Source of the DNA: Calditrichaceae bacterium
GTDB taxonomy: Bacteria > Calditrichota > Calditrichia > Calditrichales > JBFXGD01
DNA: 39,145 nt
Assembly: GCA_050178385.1 (NCBI GenBank)
Contig: JBFXGD010000015.1
Location: 1 to 39,145, forward strand
Reading direction: 5' to 3'
The position numbers were made by a program, and so were the translations under genes. Below are positions 1-8,446 of this stretch, piece by piece. A model generated the notes under the pieces. The model was not told the origin of the DNA. It ran no database searches and saw only the letters and a list, made by a program, of their open reading frames with translations. The number at the start of each line of letters is the position of its first letter. Positions within the stretch are counted from its first letter, which is position 1.

Positions 1-50
1 ATGGCCGCTGCGAAAACGAAAGTTACGATTATTGCTGCAATCTTTTTCAT
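1..50 (-). CDS. Small secreted-peptide gene, paralog 2 (5' part only; runs off the left edge): MKKIAAIIVTFVFAAA...
   Basis: ATG at 50-48 preceded by AAGGAGTTATCAC, identical to the RBS region of the 105..260 gene. The translated N-terminus is clearly paralogous (MKKIAAIIVTFVFAAA vs MKKLASLIVAMVFAAA). Not in the ORF track. Confidence 0.8.
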   Translation of the reverse strand, partial: MKKIAAIIVTFVFAAA

Positions 51-273
51 GTGATAACTCCTTAATGCAATGTTTTTTGTGATTCTTTCAATTAACCGCT
101 TTGATTACGGTTTTGGGCGCGGGGGCGGAGGTAATGGAACAATAGTAGCGAATTCAGCGCCGGATCTTGGGCTTCCGTTTGTTGATGCGACGTCCACGGC
201 AGTAAAGACGATTGCCGCCGCGAATACCATTGCGACAATGAGGGAGGCTAACTTTTTCATGTGATAACTCCTT
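42..273. repeat. Exact 22-bp direct repeat CTTTTTCATGTGATAACTCCTT at 42-63 and 252-273 (period 210 bp), covering RBS and first codons of the two peptide genes
   Basis: Read directly from the sequence. Confidence 0.95.
105..260 (-). CDS. 51-aa secreted peptide precursor with Pro-rich C-terminus: MKKLASLIVAMVFAAAIVFTAVDVASTNGSPRSGAEFATIVPLPPPPRPKP
   Basis: Manual translation ATG(260)..TAA(105). Strong SD AAGGAG 7 nt upstream in an A/C-rich unstructured leader; classic Sec signal peptide (MKK + hydrophobic core); tandem paralog 210 bp downstream. Below the ORF-track length cutoff. Confidence 0.85.
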   Translation of the reverse strand: MKKLASLIVAMVFAAAIVFTAVDVASTNGSPRSGAEFATIVPLPPPPRPKP

Positions 274-370
274 GTGTGGTTGTGTGATATGTATTTATGC
301 GAAGAAAAGTACTTCCGTTAACAGGCGGCTGATAAAGGGACGTTGATAAATAGAAATGACAGGTCATTGA

Positions 371-609
371 TCAGATCTTCCTTACAGCAGTTCTGTAATT
401 TAAAGATCCATCTAAAATTGTAAGGCTTCCGTGCGGGGAACAGGTTTAATTGAATAAATTACCTGTTACTTGAATCGTCGCTGATTATTATCAGATTTTC
501 CTTACAGCGATTCTGCAATTAAAAGATCCTTCTAAAAATTTGTGCTTCCTTGCGGGGAACAGAATTAATGCAACAATTTACCTGTTGCTTAATTCATCTT
601 TGATTATTA
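371..609. repeat. Tandem imperfect direct repeat, two units (371-490, 491-609), about 80% identical, with conserved hairpins on the minus strand
   Basis: Manual alignment gives 96/120 identities. Shared blocks include TCAGAT.TTCCTTACAGC, CTTCC.TGCGGGGAACAG, TTACCTGTT and TGATTATTA. Confidence 0.92.
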
Positions 610-796
610 AATGAGTTGGGCTGACCGGAATAATACTGCAAATCCAAGTCCTGTTGTCATGAAATTCTGTGTGTGAGTAATTTTCCGGAAAATGGGACTG
701 AAGCATATGGCGGATTTCAGAAATGCAGGAGAATGTCTGAACGATCAGAAAGAAAAGTGATGTGGCGAATATAATGGGTTTCAGCAGTTCCCGCAT
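578..796 (-). CDS. 72-aa small protein with N-terminal signal/hydrophobic segment (possible lipobox TFSC); possible diverged member of the peptide cluster
   Basis: ORF track; GGAG upstream of the ATG (CCGGAGACAGGG-ATG); hydrophobic N-terminus; SIIPVSP resembles TIVPLPP of the 51-aa peptide; 3' end runs into repeat unit 2. Confidence 0.5.
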   Translation of the reverse strand: MRELLKPIIFATSLFFLIVQTFSCISEIRHMLQSHFPENYSHTEFHDNRTWICSIIPVSPTHLIIKDELSNR

Positions 797-850
797 CCCT
801 GTCTCCGGATGATTATCGAGAACCGTCCATGGATTAATTTGACTTCCTTG
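794..850 (-). promoter_or_regulatory. Three CsrA/RsmA-type CANGGANG motifs in the leader (843-850 CAAGGAAG, 824-831 CATGGACG, 794-801 CAGGGATG overlapping the start codon)
   Basis: Exact matches to the CANGGANG core on the minus strand; function is inferred. Confidence 0.5.
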
Positions 851-902
851 ATGAGCTCAGTTTGGCAGAAAAAACGGCAGATCTACGTAACTGATTTATA
901 AG

Positions 903-930
903 AATATAATTAATGTATGTGAAAATGCAA
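903..930 (-). promoter_or_regulatory. Putative sigma70-type promoter for the peptide cluster (TTGCAT-16 nt-TATATT)
   Basis: Same TTGnnn-16/17-TAnnnT pattern as found upstream of rpmE and lepA in this window; the AT-rich context lowers specificity. Confidence 0.45.
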
Positions 931-1050
931 TATATTTTAATATTATGTTTGACATTTTAAGCACAACTTTATGCGTATTAAATTCATTTATTGTTAGGCA
1001 CCTCAGGTAAAATATTGGTATAAATTTATTATTTTGTTAAATTTATACCG

Positions 1051-1572
1051 TTGAAAGGTTACTATCAGAAAATGGATCGATATGTGAAAAACAATGAGAA
1101 TATATACGTCAATCGGGTTTTTATAACAGGTTTTACGCTATTGACAATCTGGTTGCTCATGTTGTCTTTTGCACCGTTATTGATGGCCAGCGGTTTTCCT
1201 CCGGCAGGGTATGCGGCAACGATGATATATTTCTTAACCGACCCTGTTTGTCATCAACTGCCGGCAAGAAGTCTCTATATTTCAGGATTACCCATGCCTG
1301 TGTGCGCGCGTTGCTATTTTATCTATCTGGGGGGATGGATGGTGTTTCTGATTCCCGTATTTAGAAGGAAAATCAATTTTTGGAGTCATAGAATTTATTT
1401 GATCATGGGATTACTAATTTTAACGGAATTTGTTGTTGAAAAAACCGGTCTTTACCAAAACCCGACCGAGATAAGGATGATAGCTGGATTCTTACTGGGA
1501 ATACTGATATTCAGACTTATTATTGAAGCATTGTATTGGAATGAACAAAGAGGAACAGAGAAAAATGGATAA
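1051..1572 (+). CDS. DUF2085-family membrane protein (true start probably downstream of the TTG at 1051)
   Basis: Motifs CHQLPARS and MPVCARC..IYLG with several transmembrane segments. Confidence 0.8.
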   Translation: MKGYYQKMDRYVKNNENIYVNRVFITGFTLLTIWLLMLSFAPLLMASGFPPAGYAATMIYFLTDPVCHQLPARSLYISGLPMPVCARCYFIYLGGWMVFLIPVFRRKINFWSHRIYLIMGLLILTEFVVEKTGLYQNPTEIRMIAGFLLGILIFRLIIEALYWNEQRGTEKNG

Positions 1573-2059
1573 CAGGATTTTGTACCAGGGGGCAATTCTT
1601 GGCGGAACCGTAGCGGCTTTGACGGATGCCATGCCGTTGATAAATATGATAAATTGTCTTTGTTGTTTGGGGATTATATCCGGCGGAGTAGTGGCGGTTC
1701 TGTTTTATCGTAAAACGGCGGAACCTGAATACAGGGATCTGAATACGCCTTCCACCATACAGCTCGGGTTGATGGCAGGATTATTCGGGGCATTTATATC
1801 CTTTGGTCTGCAATATATCGTTTTTAAAATAATGGGGAACTGGCAGATAGAATTGCTGACAAATATGTTTGAAAATATGGATGACTTACCGGCTTTATGG
1901 GAAAATCTTTATCAAGAAATCCAGAAGGAAGAATACCAGGGGTTTGCGGGAATGGCTATATTAATCCGGTCGCTGATTATATTTCCTGTGTTTTCTCTGA
2001 TTGGCGCTCTGATCACAAAGCGTTTTATTGAAAGGAAATACAAGCCATCGGATAGCTAA
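1565..2059 (+). CDS. Conserved membrane protein with Cys-rich NCLCC motif (DUF4199-like), ~164 aa
   Basis: ATG at 1565 overlaps the upstream stop, suggesting coupling (track start 1523 is a TTG); about 4 TM helices with GxxxG motifs. Confidence 0.65.
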   Translation: MDNRILYQGAILGGTVAALTDAMPLINMINCLCCLGIISGGVVAVLFYRKTAEPEYRDLNTPSTIQLGLMAGLFGAFISFGLQYIVFKIMGNWQIELLTNMFENMDDLPALWENLYQEIQKEEYQGFAGMAILIRSLIIFPVFSLIGALITKRFIERKYKPSDS

Positions 2060-2067
2060 GATGGTTT

Positions 2068-3144
2068 CTATTTTTCTGCCGCCACCGCTTCGAGACGTTC
2101 AGAATGATAGGCGAGTCTTAATCCCTCCATCAGCTCGTAGATCTCACCCTCCATTACCCGGTCCAGTTTGTATAAAGTTAAGCCGATGCGATGGTCAGTG
2201 ACGCGGCCCTGAGGAAAATTGTAAGTTCTTATTTTAGCGCTTCTGTCACCGGAGCCAACCATTGATTTTCTCTGCGCGGCAATGGTACTGTTTTGCTCGG
2301 AAATGGCCTGATCCAGCAAGCGGCTGCGCAGCACTTTCAAAGCTTTCGTTTTGTTCTTTAGCTGAGATTTCTCATCCTGACAGGAAACTACAATTCCCGT
2401 GGGAATATGAGTGATACGTACGGCTGAATCGGTAGTATTGACGCTTTGACCGCCCGGTCCGCTTGACCTGAAAACATCAATTCTCAGTTCATTCGGATCG
2501 ATTTCAATGTCAACCTCCTCCGCCTCGGGCAAAACGACAACCGAAACCGCTGATGTATGAACCCGACCCTGAGTTTCGGTATCCGGAACACGCTGCACGC
2601 GATGCACGCCGCTTTCAAACTTGAGTGTACCATATGTGCTGTCGCCATCAATCGAGAAAATAATTTCTTTAAATCCGCCTCTTTCCGAAGGATTAGAATT
2701 CAGGATTTCAATTTTCAGGTTATTGGCTTCACAAAATTTAGTGTACATGCGGTAAAGATCCCCGGCGAATATAGCGGCTTCATCACCTCCCGTGCCTGCT
2801 CTGATTTCCATAATGGCATTTTTATGGTCATCCGGGTCCTTGGGTATCAGCAGCAACTTTAATTTTTCTTCGAACAGCTCAATCTGCCCCGACAATTCTT
2901 CCAGCTCCGCCTCCGCAAGCTCAATGAGTTCCGGGTCGTTTTCATCAGAAATTATACTCTGGTTGCCTTCATAATTGTTGAGAGCAATCAAGTATGGTTC
3001 TCCGAAATCAAGAATTTTTGAAAGTTCTCGATGTTCTCTCGCCAGATCTTTGTACCGCTTTTGATCATTATGGACATCAGGGTCAGAAAGCTGAATATTA
3101 AGTTTCTCGAATTTTTCTTTAATTTTAAGAATTTTATCTTTCAT
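2068..3144 (-). CDS. prfA: Peptide chain release factor 1
   Basis: [23 protein letters not shown] (PxT RF1 motif), [17 protein letters not shown] (GGQ), [15 protein letters not shown]. Confidence 0.98.
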   Translation of the reverse strand: MKDKILKIKEKFEKLNIQLSDPDVHNDQKRYKDLAREHRELSKILDFGEPYLIALNNYEGNQSIISDENDPELIELAEAELEELSGQIELFEEKLKLLLIPKDPDDHKNAIMEIRAGTGGDEAAIFAGDLYRMYTKFCEANNLKIEILNSNPSERGGFKEIIFSIDGDSTYGTLKFESGVHRVQRVPDTETQGRVHTSAVSVVVLPEAEEVDIEIDPNELRIDVFRSSGPGGQSVNTTDSAVRITHIPTGIVVSCQDEKSQLKNKTKALKVLRSRLLDQAISEQNSTIAAQRKSMVGSGDRSAKIRTYNFPQGRVTDHRIGLTLYKLDRVMEGEIYELMEGLRLAYHSERLEAVAAEK

Positions 3145-3154
3145 ATTGTTATCC

Positions 3155-4162
3155 TTAAAGAGAAGCCGCGATAACTGTTGAACGGATCACGGGATCAGTC
3201 ACCAGTTCACTTTTGTAGTCATCTCCAAGCGCGGCCTGCAATGCCGCTATGGCTACTTCAAGCTGCTCATCATCCGGCGGTTGGGTTGTGATTCGCTGTA
3301 AACCCAATCCCGGCGCGATAAGCGCCTGAACAACAGGATGGTTTGTATTGTTGGCGGAAGCTTTTAAGGCTTCGTAACTCAATCCGCCGACAAAAGGAAT
3401 CAAGGGCAGATGGGTTAATATTCTAATCAGAAAATTTATATCTCCGTGCCACATCATGATCATCGTATCTACAAAAGCAAAGAACAACAAACTCACGAGC
3501 ATAACGATGACCAGAAAACTGGTTCCGCAACGGGGGTGAAAGGTAGTGTATTTTTGGGCGTTTTCCGGAGAAAGAATGACTTTGTCCTCAAAGGCGAAAA
3601 TGGTTTTATGTTCCGCGCCGTGGTACTGGAATAATCTTTTTATATCAGGCATGAATGAAATACCCCAGACATACAAAATAAAGAACAATATTCTTATTGC
3701 CCCGGCGGCTAAGTTGAACGTGATGGCCTGTTTTTCGATGTTGAAAACCACGGTTGTAAGATAAAGCGGAAGAACAAAGAAGACCGCTGTTCCAATGATA
3801 AGCGCGACAGAGACTGAAAAAATCGCGCCCAAAGTTGACATTCCTTTTTTGCCGGATTTTTTCTTTTTACCTTCTTTTTCTTCTTTCTCACTGATATCTT
3901 CCATGGCTTTATCCGCTGACCATTGAAGTGTTTTTATTCCCAAAATCATTACTTCAATCAGCATAATAGCGCCACGGATGATGGGGATATTAAGAATTTT
4001 TTTCCGCTGCACCAATGACTGGTATTCATTGACAAGAATTTCTATATTTCCGTTTGCCCTGCGAATCGCAGTGGCGATTCTTTTTGGTGACCGCATCATA
4101 ACACCTTCAATGACGGCCTGACCACCAACGGGCATTATTTTTTCTTCTGACACCTGGTTCAT
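3155..4162 (-). CDS. DUF1385-family membrane protein (putative metal-dependent enzyme, YqhQ-like)
   Basis: [28 protein letters not shown] motifs; usual position between rpmE and prfA. Confidence 0.92.
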   Translation of the reverse strand: MNQVSEEKIMPVGGQAVIEGVMMRSPKRIATAIRRANGNIEILVNEYQSLVQRKKILNIPIIRGAIMLIEVMILGIKTLQWSADKAMEDISEKEEKEGKKKKSGKKGMSTLGAIFSVSVALIIGTAVFFVLPLYLTTVVFNIEKQAITFNLAAGAIRILFFILYVWGISFMPDIKRLFQYHGAEHKTIFAFEDKVILSPENAQKYTTFHPRCGTSFLVIVMLVSLLFFAFVDTMIMMWHGDINFLIRILTHLPLIPFVGGLSYEALKASANNTNHPVVQALIAPGLGLQRITTQPPDDEQLEVAIAALQAALGDDYKSELVTDPVIRSTVIAASL

Positions 4163-4188
4163 AATATTTACACCTTGAAAATTAGACC

Positions 4189-4230
4189 AAAAAAAAACGG
4201 AATGATATGGAACTCCATTGCATCCCGTTT
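4189..4230 (-). terminator. Intrinsic terminator downstream of rpmE
   Basis: Minus strand AAACGGGATG-CA-ATGGA-GT-TCCAT-AT-CATTCCGTTT followed by a T-run. Confidence 0.75.
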
Positions 4231-4264
4231 AAAAACTTCATGTACAACCCTTTGCAGGGGGTGA

Positions 4265-4465
4265 CTATTTGCGATTGTATTTTTTCATAAATTTTTCAAC
4301 ACGACCTGCCGAGTCAACCAGCTTTTGTTTGCCGGTATAAAATGGATGGCAATTAGAGCAAATTTCTACTTTTAAATCGCCAATAACTGAGCGTGTTTCA
4401 AATGTGTTTCCGCAAGCGCAACTCACCGTACCTACTTTATAATCCGGATGGATATCTTTTTTCAT
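4265..4465 (-). CDS. rpmE: 50S ribosomal protein L31 (zinc-binding, C+ type)
   Basis: [13 protein letters not shown]...[27 protein letters not shown]. Confidence 0.98.
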   Translation of the reverse strand: MKKDIHPDYKVGTVSCACGNTFETRSVIGDLKVEICSNCHPFYTGKQKLVDSAGRVEKFMKKYNRK

Positions 4466-4501
4466 TCTGCACCTCCTAGAGCCCTTGAAATTGAATCGTG
4501 T

Positions 4502-4530
4502 AATATAATATGATTTTTTGGGAATTTCAA
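4502..4530 (-). promoter_or_regulatory. Putative sigma70 promoter of rpmE (TTGAAA-17 nt-TATATT)
   Basis: Near-consensus boxes with 17-nt spacing between the rho stop and rpmE start. Confidence 0.55.
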
Positions 4531-4542
4531 GCTCTATTCATA

Positions 4543-5793
4543 TCAGGAACTCATAGAACGTAAAAATTCTTTGTTATTTTTTGTGTCACGCATTTTGTCA
4601 AGCAGGAATTCCATGCCTTCGATGATATTCATTTCATTAAGAAGTTTCCTTAATATCCAGATACGCGCCAGTTCTTCGCGGCTGAGCAGGAGCTCTTCTT
4701 TTCTGGTGCCCGATTTATTTATATCAATTGACGGGAAGAATCTTCGGTCGGACAAGCGTCGGTCAAGAACCAATTCCATATTGCCTGTTCCTTTGAATTC
4801 TTCAAAAATAACTTCATCCATTCTGGAGCCGGTGTCGATCAAAGCTGTGGCAATAATGGTAAGGCTGCCGCCTTCTTCGACGTTACGCGCAGATCCGAAG
4901 AATCGTTTTGGTTTTTGGAGCGCATTGGAATCAACACCGCCGGAGAGAATCTTGCCGCTGTGAGGAACAACCGTATTGTGAGCGCGAGCCAGACGGGTGA
5001 TGCTGTCGAGCAGAATCACAACGTCTTTTTTGTATTCTACAAGACGCTTGGCTTTCTCGAGCACCATATCCGCAACCTGAACGTGGCGTTCGGCGGGTTC
5101 ATCAAAAGTAGAACTGACTACTTCCGCATTTACCGAGCGTTCCATGTCGGTAACTTCTTCCGGACGTTCATCGATCAGCAGTACCATCAACTCAACTTCC
5201 GGCTGATTTTTTGTAATGGCATTAGCGATTTTCTGCAGAAGAATGGTTTTACCGGTTCGCGGCTGCGCAACTATCAGACCGCGCTGGCCTTTGCCGATGG
5301 GGGTCAATAAATTCATTATTCGTGTGGAATAGTCACTGCGGTCAGTCTCAAGTTCGATCCGTTGCAGAGGATATAGAGGTGTAAGGGTATCAAAAAGATT
5401 ACGTGATCTGGCTTTATCCGGGCTTTCAAAATTAACGGCTTCTACCCTTAAAAGCGCAAAGAAGCGTTCATTGTCCTTTGGAGGGCGGATCTGCCCACTG
5501 ACGGTATCTCCCGTTCTTAATCCGAATCTTTTTATTTGAGAAGGAGAAATATAGATATCATCCGGGCCGGGGAGATAGCTATAATTTTGTGATCGAAGGA
5601 ATCCGTAACCGTCCGGCAATATTTCAAGCACACCCTTCGAAAAGATTAATCCTTCCTGAGCCGTCTGCTCTTCCAAAATGCGAAATATCAATTCCGCTTT
5701 TTTCAGACCGGAAAATCCGGTTATATTCATATCTTGAGCAATCTTTGTCAGCTCAGTGATCTTTTTGTCCTTTAATTCTTCAATGTCTAACAT
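4543..5793 (-). CDS. rho: Transcription termination factor Rho (compact, 416 aa)
   Basis: [63 protein letters not shown]. Confidence 0.99.
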   Translation of the reverse strand: MLDIEELKDKKITELTKIAQDMNITGFSGLKKAELIFRILEEQTAQEGLIFSKGVLEILPDGYGFLRSQNYSYLPGPDDIYISPSQIKRFGLRTGDTVSGQIRPPKDNERFFALLRVEAVNFESPDKARSRNLFDTLTPLYPLQRIELETDRSDYSTRIMNLLTPIGKGQRGLIVAQPRTGKTILLQKIANAITKNQPEVELMVLLIDERPEEVTDMERSVNAEVVSSTFDEPAERHVQVADMVLEKAKRLVEYKKDVVILLDSITRLARAHNTVVPHSGKILSGGVDSNALQKPKRFFGSARNVEEGGSLTIIATALIDTGSRMDEVIFEEFKGTGNMELVLDRRLSDRRFFPSIDINKSGTRKEELLLSREELARIWILRKLLNEMNIIEGMEFLLDKMRDTKNNKEFLRSMSS

Positions 5794-5936
5794 CAGGTAA
5801 ACCTTTCAATTTTGATAGAATAAATTGATTTCTGATTTCAATTCCAGTCTAATCGGATACTTTCTATATAAGGGAAAGAGTTATTAAATCAAGGTTTTAA
5901 AATAGAAATGTTCCTAAATTTAATCTTTGTTTAAAA

Positions 5937-7226
5937 TTAAGTCAAATTGAATTTATTTAAATATGGTCCTATTAAATAATGACTTCCGGCAACAAGCAGA
6001 ATATCATCTGCCTGTTGTTGTTTTTTTGAGAATTCGAACGCTTTGTGCAAATCTTTAATAAAATATGCGTTTTGATGGTTTTGTTTGAACAAATTGAATA
6101 GTGTGTCGCCATCCAATTTTCTGTCAGTTTCGGGTTCCGTTACAACTATCAGCCTCGCCTTCCCGGAAAGGTACTTTACGATATCCTCAAATTGTTTGTC
6201 CCGGACCAGTCCGAGCAAAAGCAGAAATTTTTCCGGAGCGACAAAATCCATTATAAAATCTATCGTCCTTTTGATCCCGTCCCTGTTATGGCTCACGTCA
6301 AAAATGATGCGGGGTTGCTTTTGCATGACTTGCAGCCTGCCTTCCCAGATGGATGACGCCAAAGAATCCCTGAATATTTTTTCTGAAAAATTAATGTTTC
6401 TTGAACTGAGAAAATTTCTGCTAACAAGATAAGCCAGGGCAATGTTGTTCAACTGAAAATTTCCAACCTGCCGGGTGTTTAAATTCCCAAACCTCTCCTG
6501 ATTTAATTTATCGCTTAAATCAAAAGTTGTGCCGTCCAGTGAAATATCTTTGATTTCACAGGTTACATGGTTTTTCAGCGCGAAAAATTTGTTTGATGGT
6601 TTTAGTCTCTCTTCTATATAATGAAATGTTTCATCATGTTGTTCCCCGGAAAATACAAATGCCTTGTCTTTAATAATTCCGGTTTTTTCAAAAACGATTT
6701 CTTTGAGTGTGTTGCCCAATTGTTTCTCATGATCGAAATCTATAGGGGTTAGAACAGCTATTTCAGAATTAACAAGATTGGTTGAATCAAGCCGGCCACC
6801 AAGTCCGGTCTCGATAACGGCCACATCCACCTGTTTGAACCTGAAATACTCAAACGCCAGGGCGGTAGTGGTGTCAAAGAATGTCGCCTGTCTTTTTAAT
6901 ACAAGTTCCTTAGTTTTGTCCCAAAAATCAATAATAAATTTTTTCTCTATTTTGATTCCATTGATCCTGATTCTCTCTCTGAAATCCACTAAATGGGGGC
7001 TGGTGAATAATCCGACTTTTAAGCCCATCGCCTGTAAAAAAGATGCGGTAAAATAGGATGTTGATCCTTTCCCGTTTGTTCCGGCAATGTGAATCACGGG
7101 ATAATCAAGATGTGGATTGGATAAAAAATCGCAAATGGCTTTTATATTCTCCAATCCTAGTTTGATCGCAAATTTTTGCAGATCATATAATTCTTCAATT
7201 GTAGTCGAATAAGGAGTTTTGTTCAC
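5937..7226 (-). CDS. folC: Folylpolyglutamate/dihydrofolate synthase
   Basis: IHIAGTNGKGS, FTSPHL, ETGLGGRLDSTN, DHEKQLG, DVSHN, GSHYLIG. Confidence 0.96.
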   Translation of the reverse strand: MNKTPYSTTIEELYDLQKFAIKLGLENIKAICDFLSNPHLDYPVIHIAGTNGKGSTSYFTASFLQAMGLKVGLFTSPHLVDFRERIRINGIKIEKKFIIDFWDKTKELVLKRQATFFDTTTALAFEYFRFKQVDVAVIETGLGGRLDSTNLVNSEIAVLTPIDFDHEKQLGNTLKEIVFEKTGIIKDKAFVFSGEQHDETFHYIEERLKPSNKFFALKNHVTCEIKDISLDGTTFDLSDKLNQERFGNLNTRQVGNFQLNNIALAYLVSRNFLSSRNINFSEKIFRDSLASSIWEGRLQVMQKQPRIIFDVSHNRDGIKRTIDFIMDFVAPEKFLLLLGLVRDKQFEDIVKYLSGKARLIVVTEPETDRKLDGDTLFNLFKQNHQNAYFIKDLHKAFEFSKKQQQADDILLVAGSHYLIGPYLNKFNLT

Positions 7227-7229
7227 AGG

Positions 7230-7652
7230 TTAAATGATTTTCCCAAGAATATATCCAATAACTATTCCGAATAACAGAACCACAGTGAGTATACGGTAAT
7301 TAACGACTTCCGATGTATATCCGCGTTTAATCGCAATGATAGAAGCAAAATAACCCAGTGCATTGATCAGCCAGAACAGCGGAAGAGCAAGAATTTTGGC
7401 AACTATCGGGCCGAAGATGGGAATAAGGCCTATGATGTTCAAAAGTCCGATAAATGCCTGCGATATGATGCCGAAAATTACAACCGCGCTTCCAATTACC
7501 GTCTTATCTACATTATAATGAATGGATACTACCACAAATGTAACAATAATTATCCATGTTACGATGGTTTTCCAGAACGCTTTAAAGAAGAGTTTGAAGG
7601 TAATGGTATAATGCTTTATCTGCTTCAGATTTTTTTTAGATTTCTTCAACAT
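7230..7652 (-). CDS. Hypothetical membrane protein (140 aa)
   Basis: Basic N-terminus plus about 4 hydrophobic segments; start overlaps the uppS stop and the stop is 3 nt from the folC start. Confidence 0.75.
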   Translation of the reverse strand: MLKKSKKNLKQIKHYTITFKLFFKAFWKTIVTWIIIVTFVVVSIHYNVDKTVIGSAVVIFGIISQAFIGLLNIIGLIPIFGPIVAKILALPLFWLINALGYFASIIAIKRGYTSEVVNYRILTVVLLFGIVIGYILGKII

Positions 7653-8446
7653 TATACATTTTGTATGGCCACTTTAGACTGAACTTGTTCGCTGATCATT
7701 CCATAACGGCGCTCACGGTGGATGTAATCCCAGATAGCGTCGACCAGCTCCGGTTTCCTGAATTCGGGCCAGGATTTTGTTGTTATGTAAATTTCAGAAT
7801 ACGCAATCTGCCAAAGCAAAAAATTGCTGATCCTATTTTCACCGCCTGTCCGGATGATTAAATCGGGATCGGGCTGACCGGCCGTGTTAAGATGACTACT
7901 GAATAATGTAGTGTCGATGACATCGGGCTCAATTTCACCTTTTTTCACGCTGTCCGCCAATTGCCTGCAGACATCCACGATCTCCTGCCGGCCTCCGTAA
8001 CTTAGCGCTACATTGAGAACAAGACCTGTATTATTCTTTGTCTGTTCAACAGCCGATTCCATGCTTTGACGGGTGATATCCGGCAATTTTTCAAGATGGC
8101 CTATTGTGCGAATCTGGACATTTTGTTCATTGAGCCGCTTAATTTTTTTATTAATAGTTGAAACAAGTAATTGCATCAGGGCGGCCACTTCCCAACTCGG
8201 GCGCTTCCAGTTTTCTTCAGAAAAAGTATAGATTGTCAAATATTTAACACCTAATTCAGCGCAGCCCTCAACGATGGACTCAACCGAATTCACTCCTTCA
8301 TTATGCCCGGCAATCCGGGGAAGATTTTGTTTTTTAGCCCATCTGCCATTGCCATCCATAATGATTCCTACATGATGGGGCAGGTCTGGATTTTGTTTTA
8401 TTTGTTCTACTTTTTCAGAATAATCCGTTATTTTTCGATTGATCAC
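7652..8446 (-). CDS. uppS: Undecaprenyl diphosphate synthase (cis-isoprenyl transferase)
   Basis: HVGIIMDGNGRWA, FSEENWKRP, YGGRQEI, PDLIIRTGGENRISNFLLWQ. Confidence 0.97.
   Translation of the reverse strand: MINRKITDYSEKVEQIKQNPDLPHHVGIIMDGNGRWAKKQNLPRIAGHNEGVNSVESIVEGCAELGVKYLTIYTFSEENWKRPSWEVAALMQLLVSTINKKIKRLNEQNVQIRTIGHLEKLPDITRQSMESAVEQTKNNTGLVLNVALSYGGRQEIVDVCRQLADSVKKGEIEPDVIDTTLFSSHLNTAGQPDPDLIIRTGGENRISNFLLWQIAYSEIYITTKSWPEFRKPELVDAIWDYIHRERRYGMISEQVQSKVAIQNV

Noticed and set aside
70..264. 64-aa plus-strand ORF in the track
   Set aside because: Antisense shadow of the 105..260 minus-strand peptide gene, which has the SD, signal peptide and a paralog; its GGGG run is the reverse complement of the Pro codons.
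426..562. TGTTCCCCGCA motif (minus strand, twice) resembling the 5' half of type I-E CRISPR repeats
   Set aside because: The second palindromic half (GCGGGGAT) is absent, the period is ~120 bp with homologous rather than unique spacers, there are only two copies, and no cas genes are in the window.
105..3144. Functional link between the Pro/Arg-rich peptide and nearby prfA (apidaecin-like RF trapping with a resistance copy)
   Set aside because: prfA sits in its ordinary housekeeping operon, separated by two unrelated opposite-strand genes; proximity alone is not evidence.
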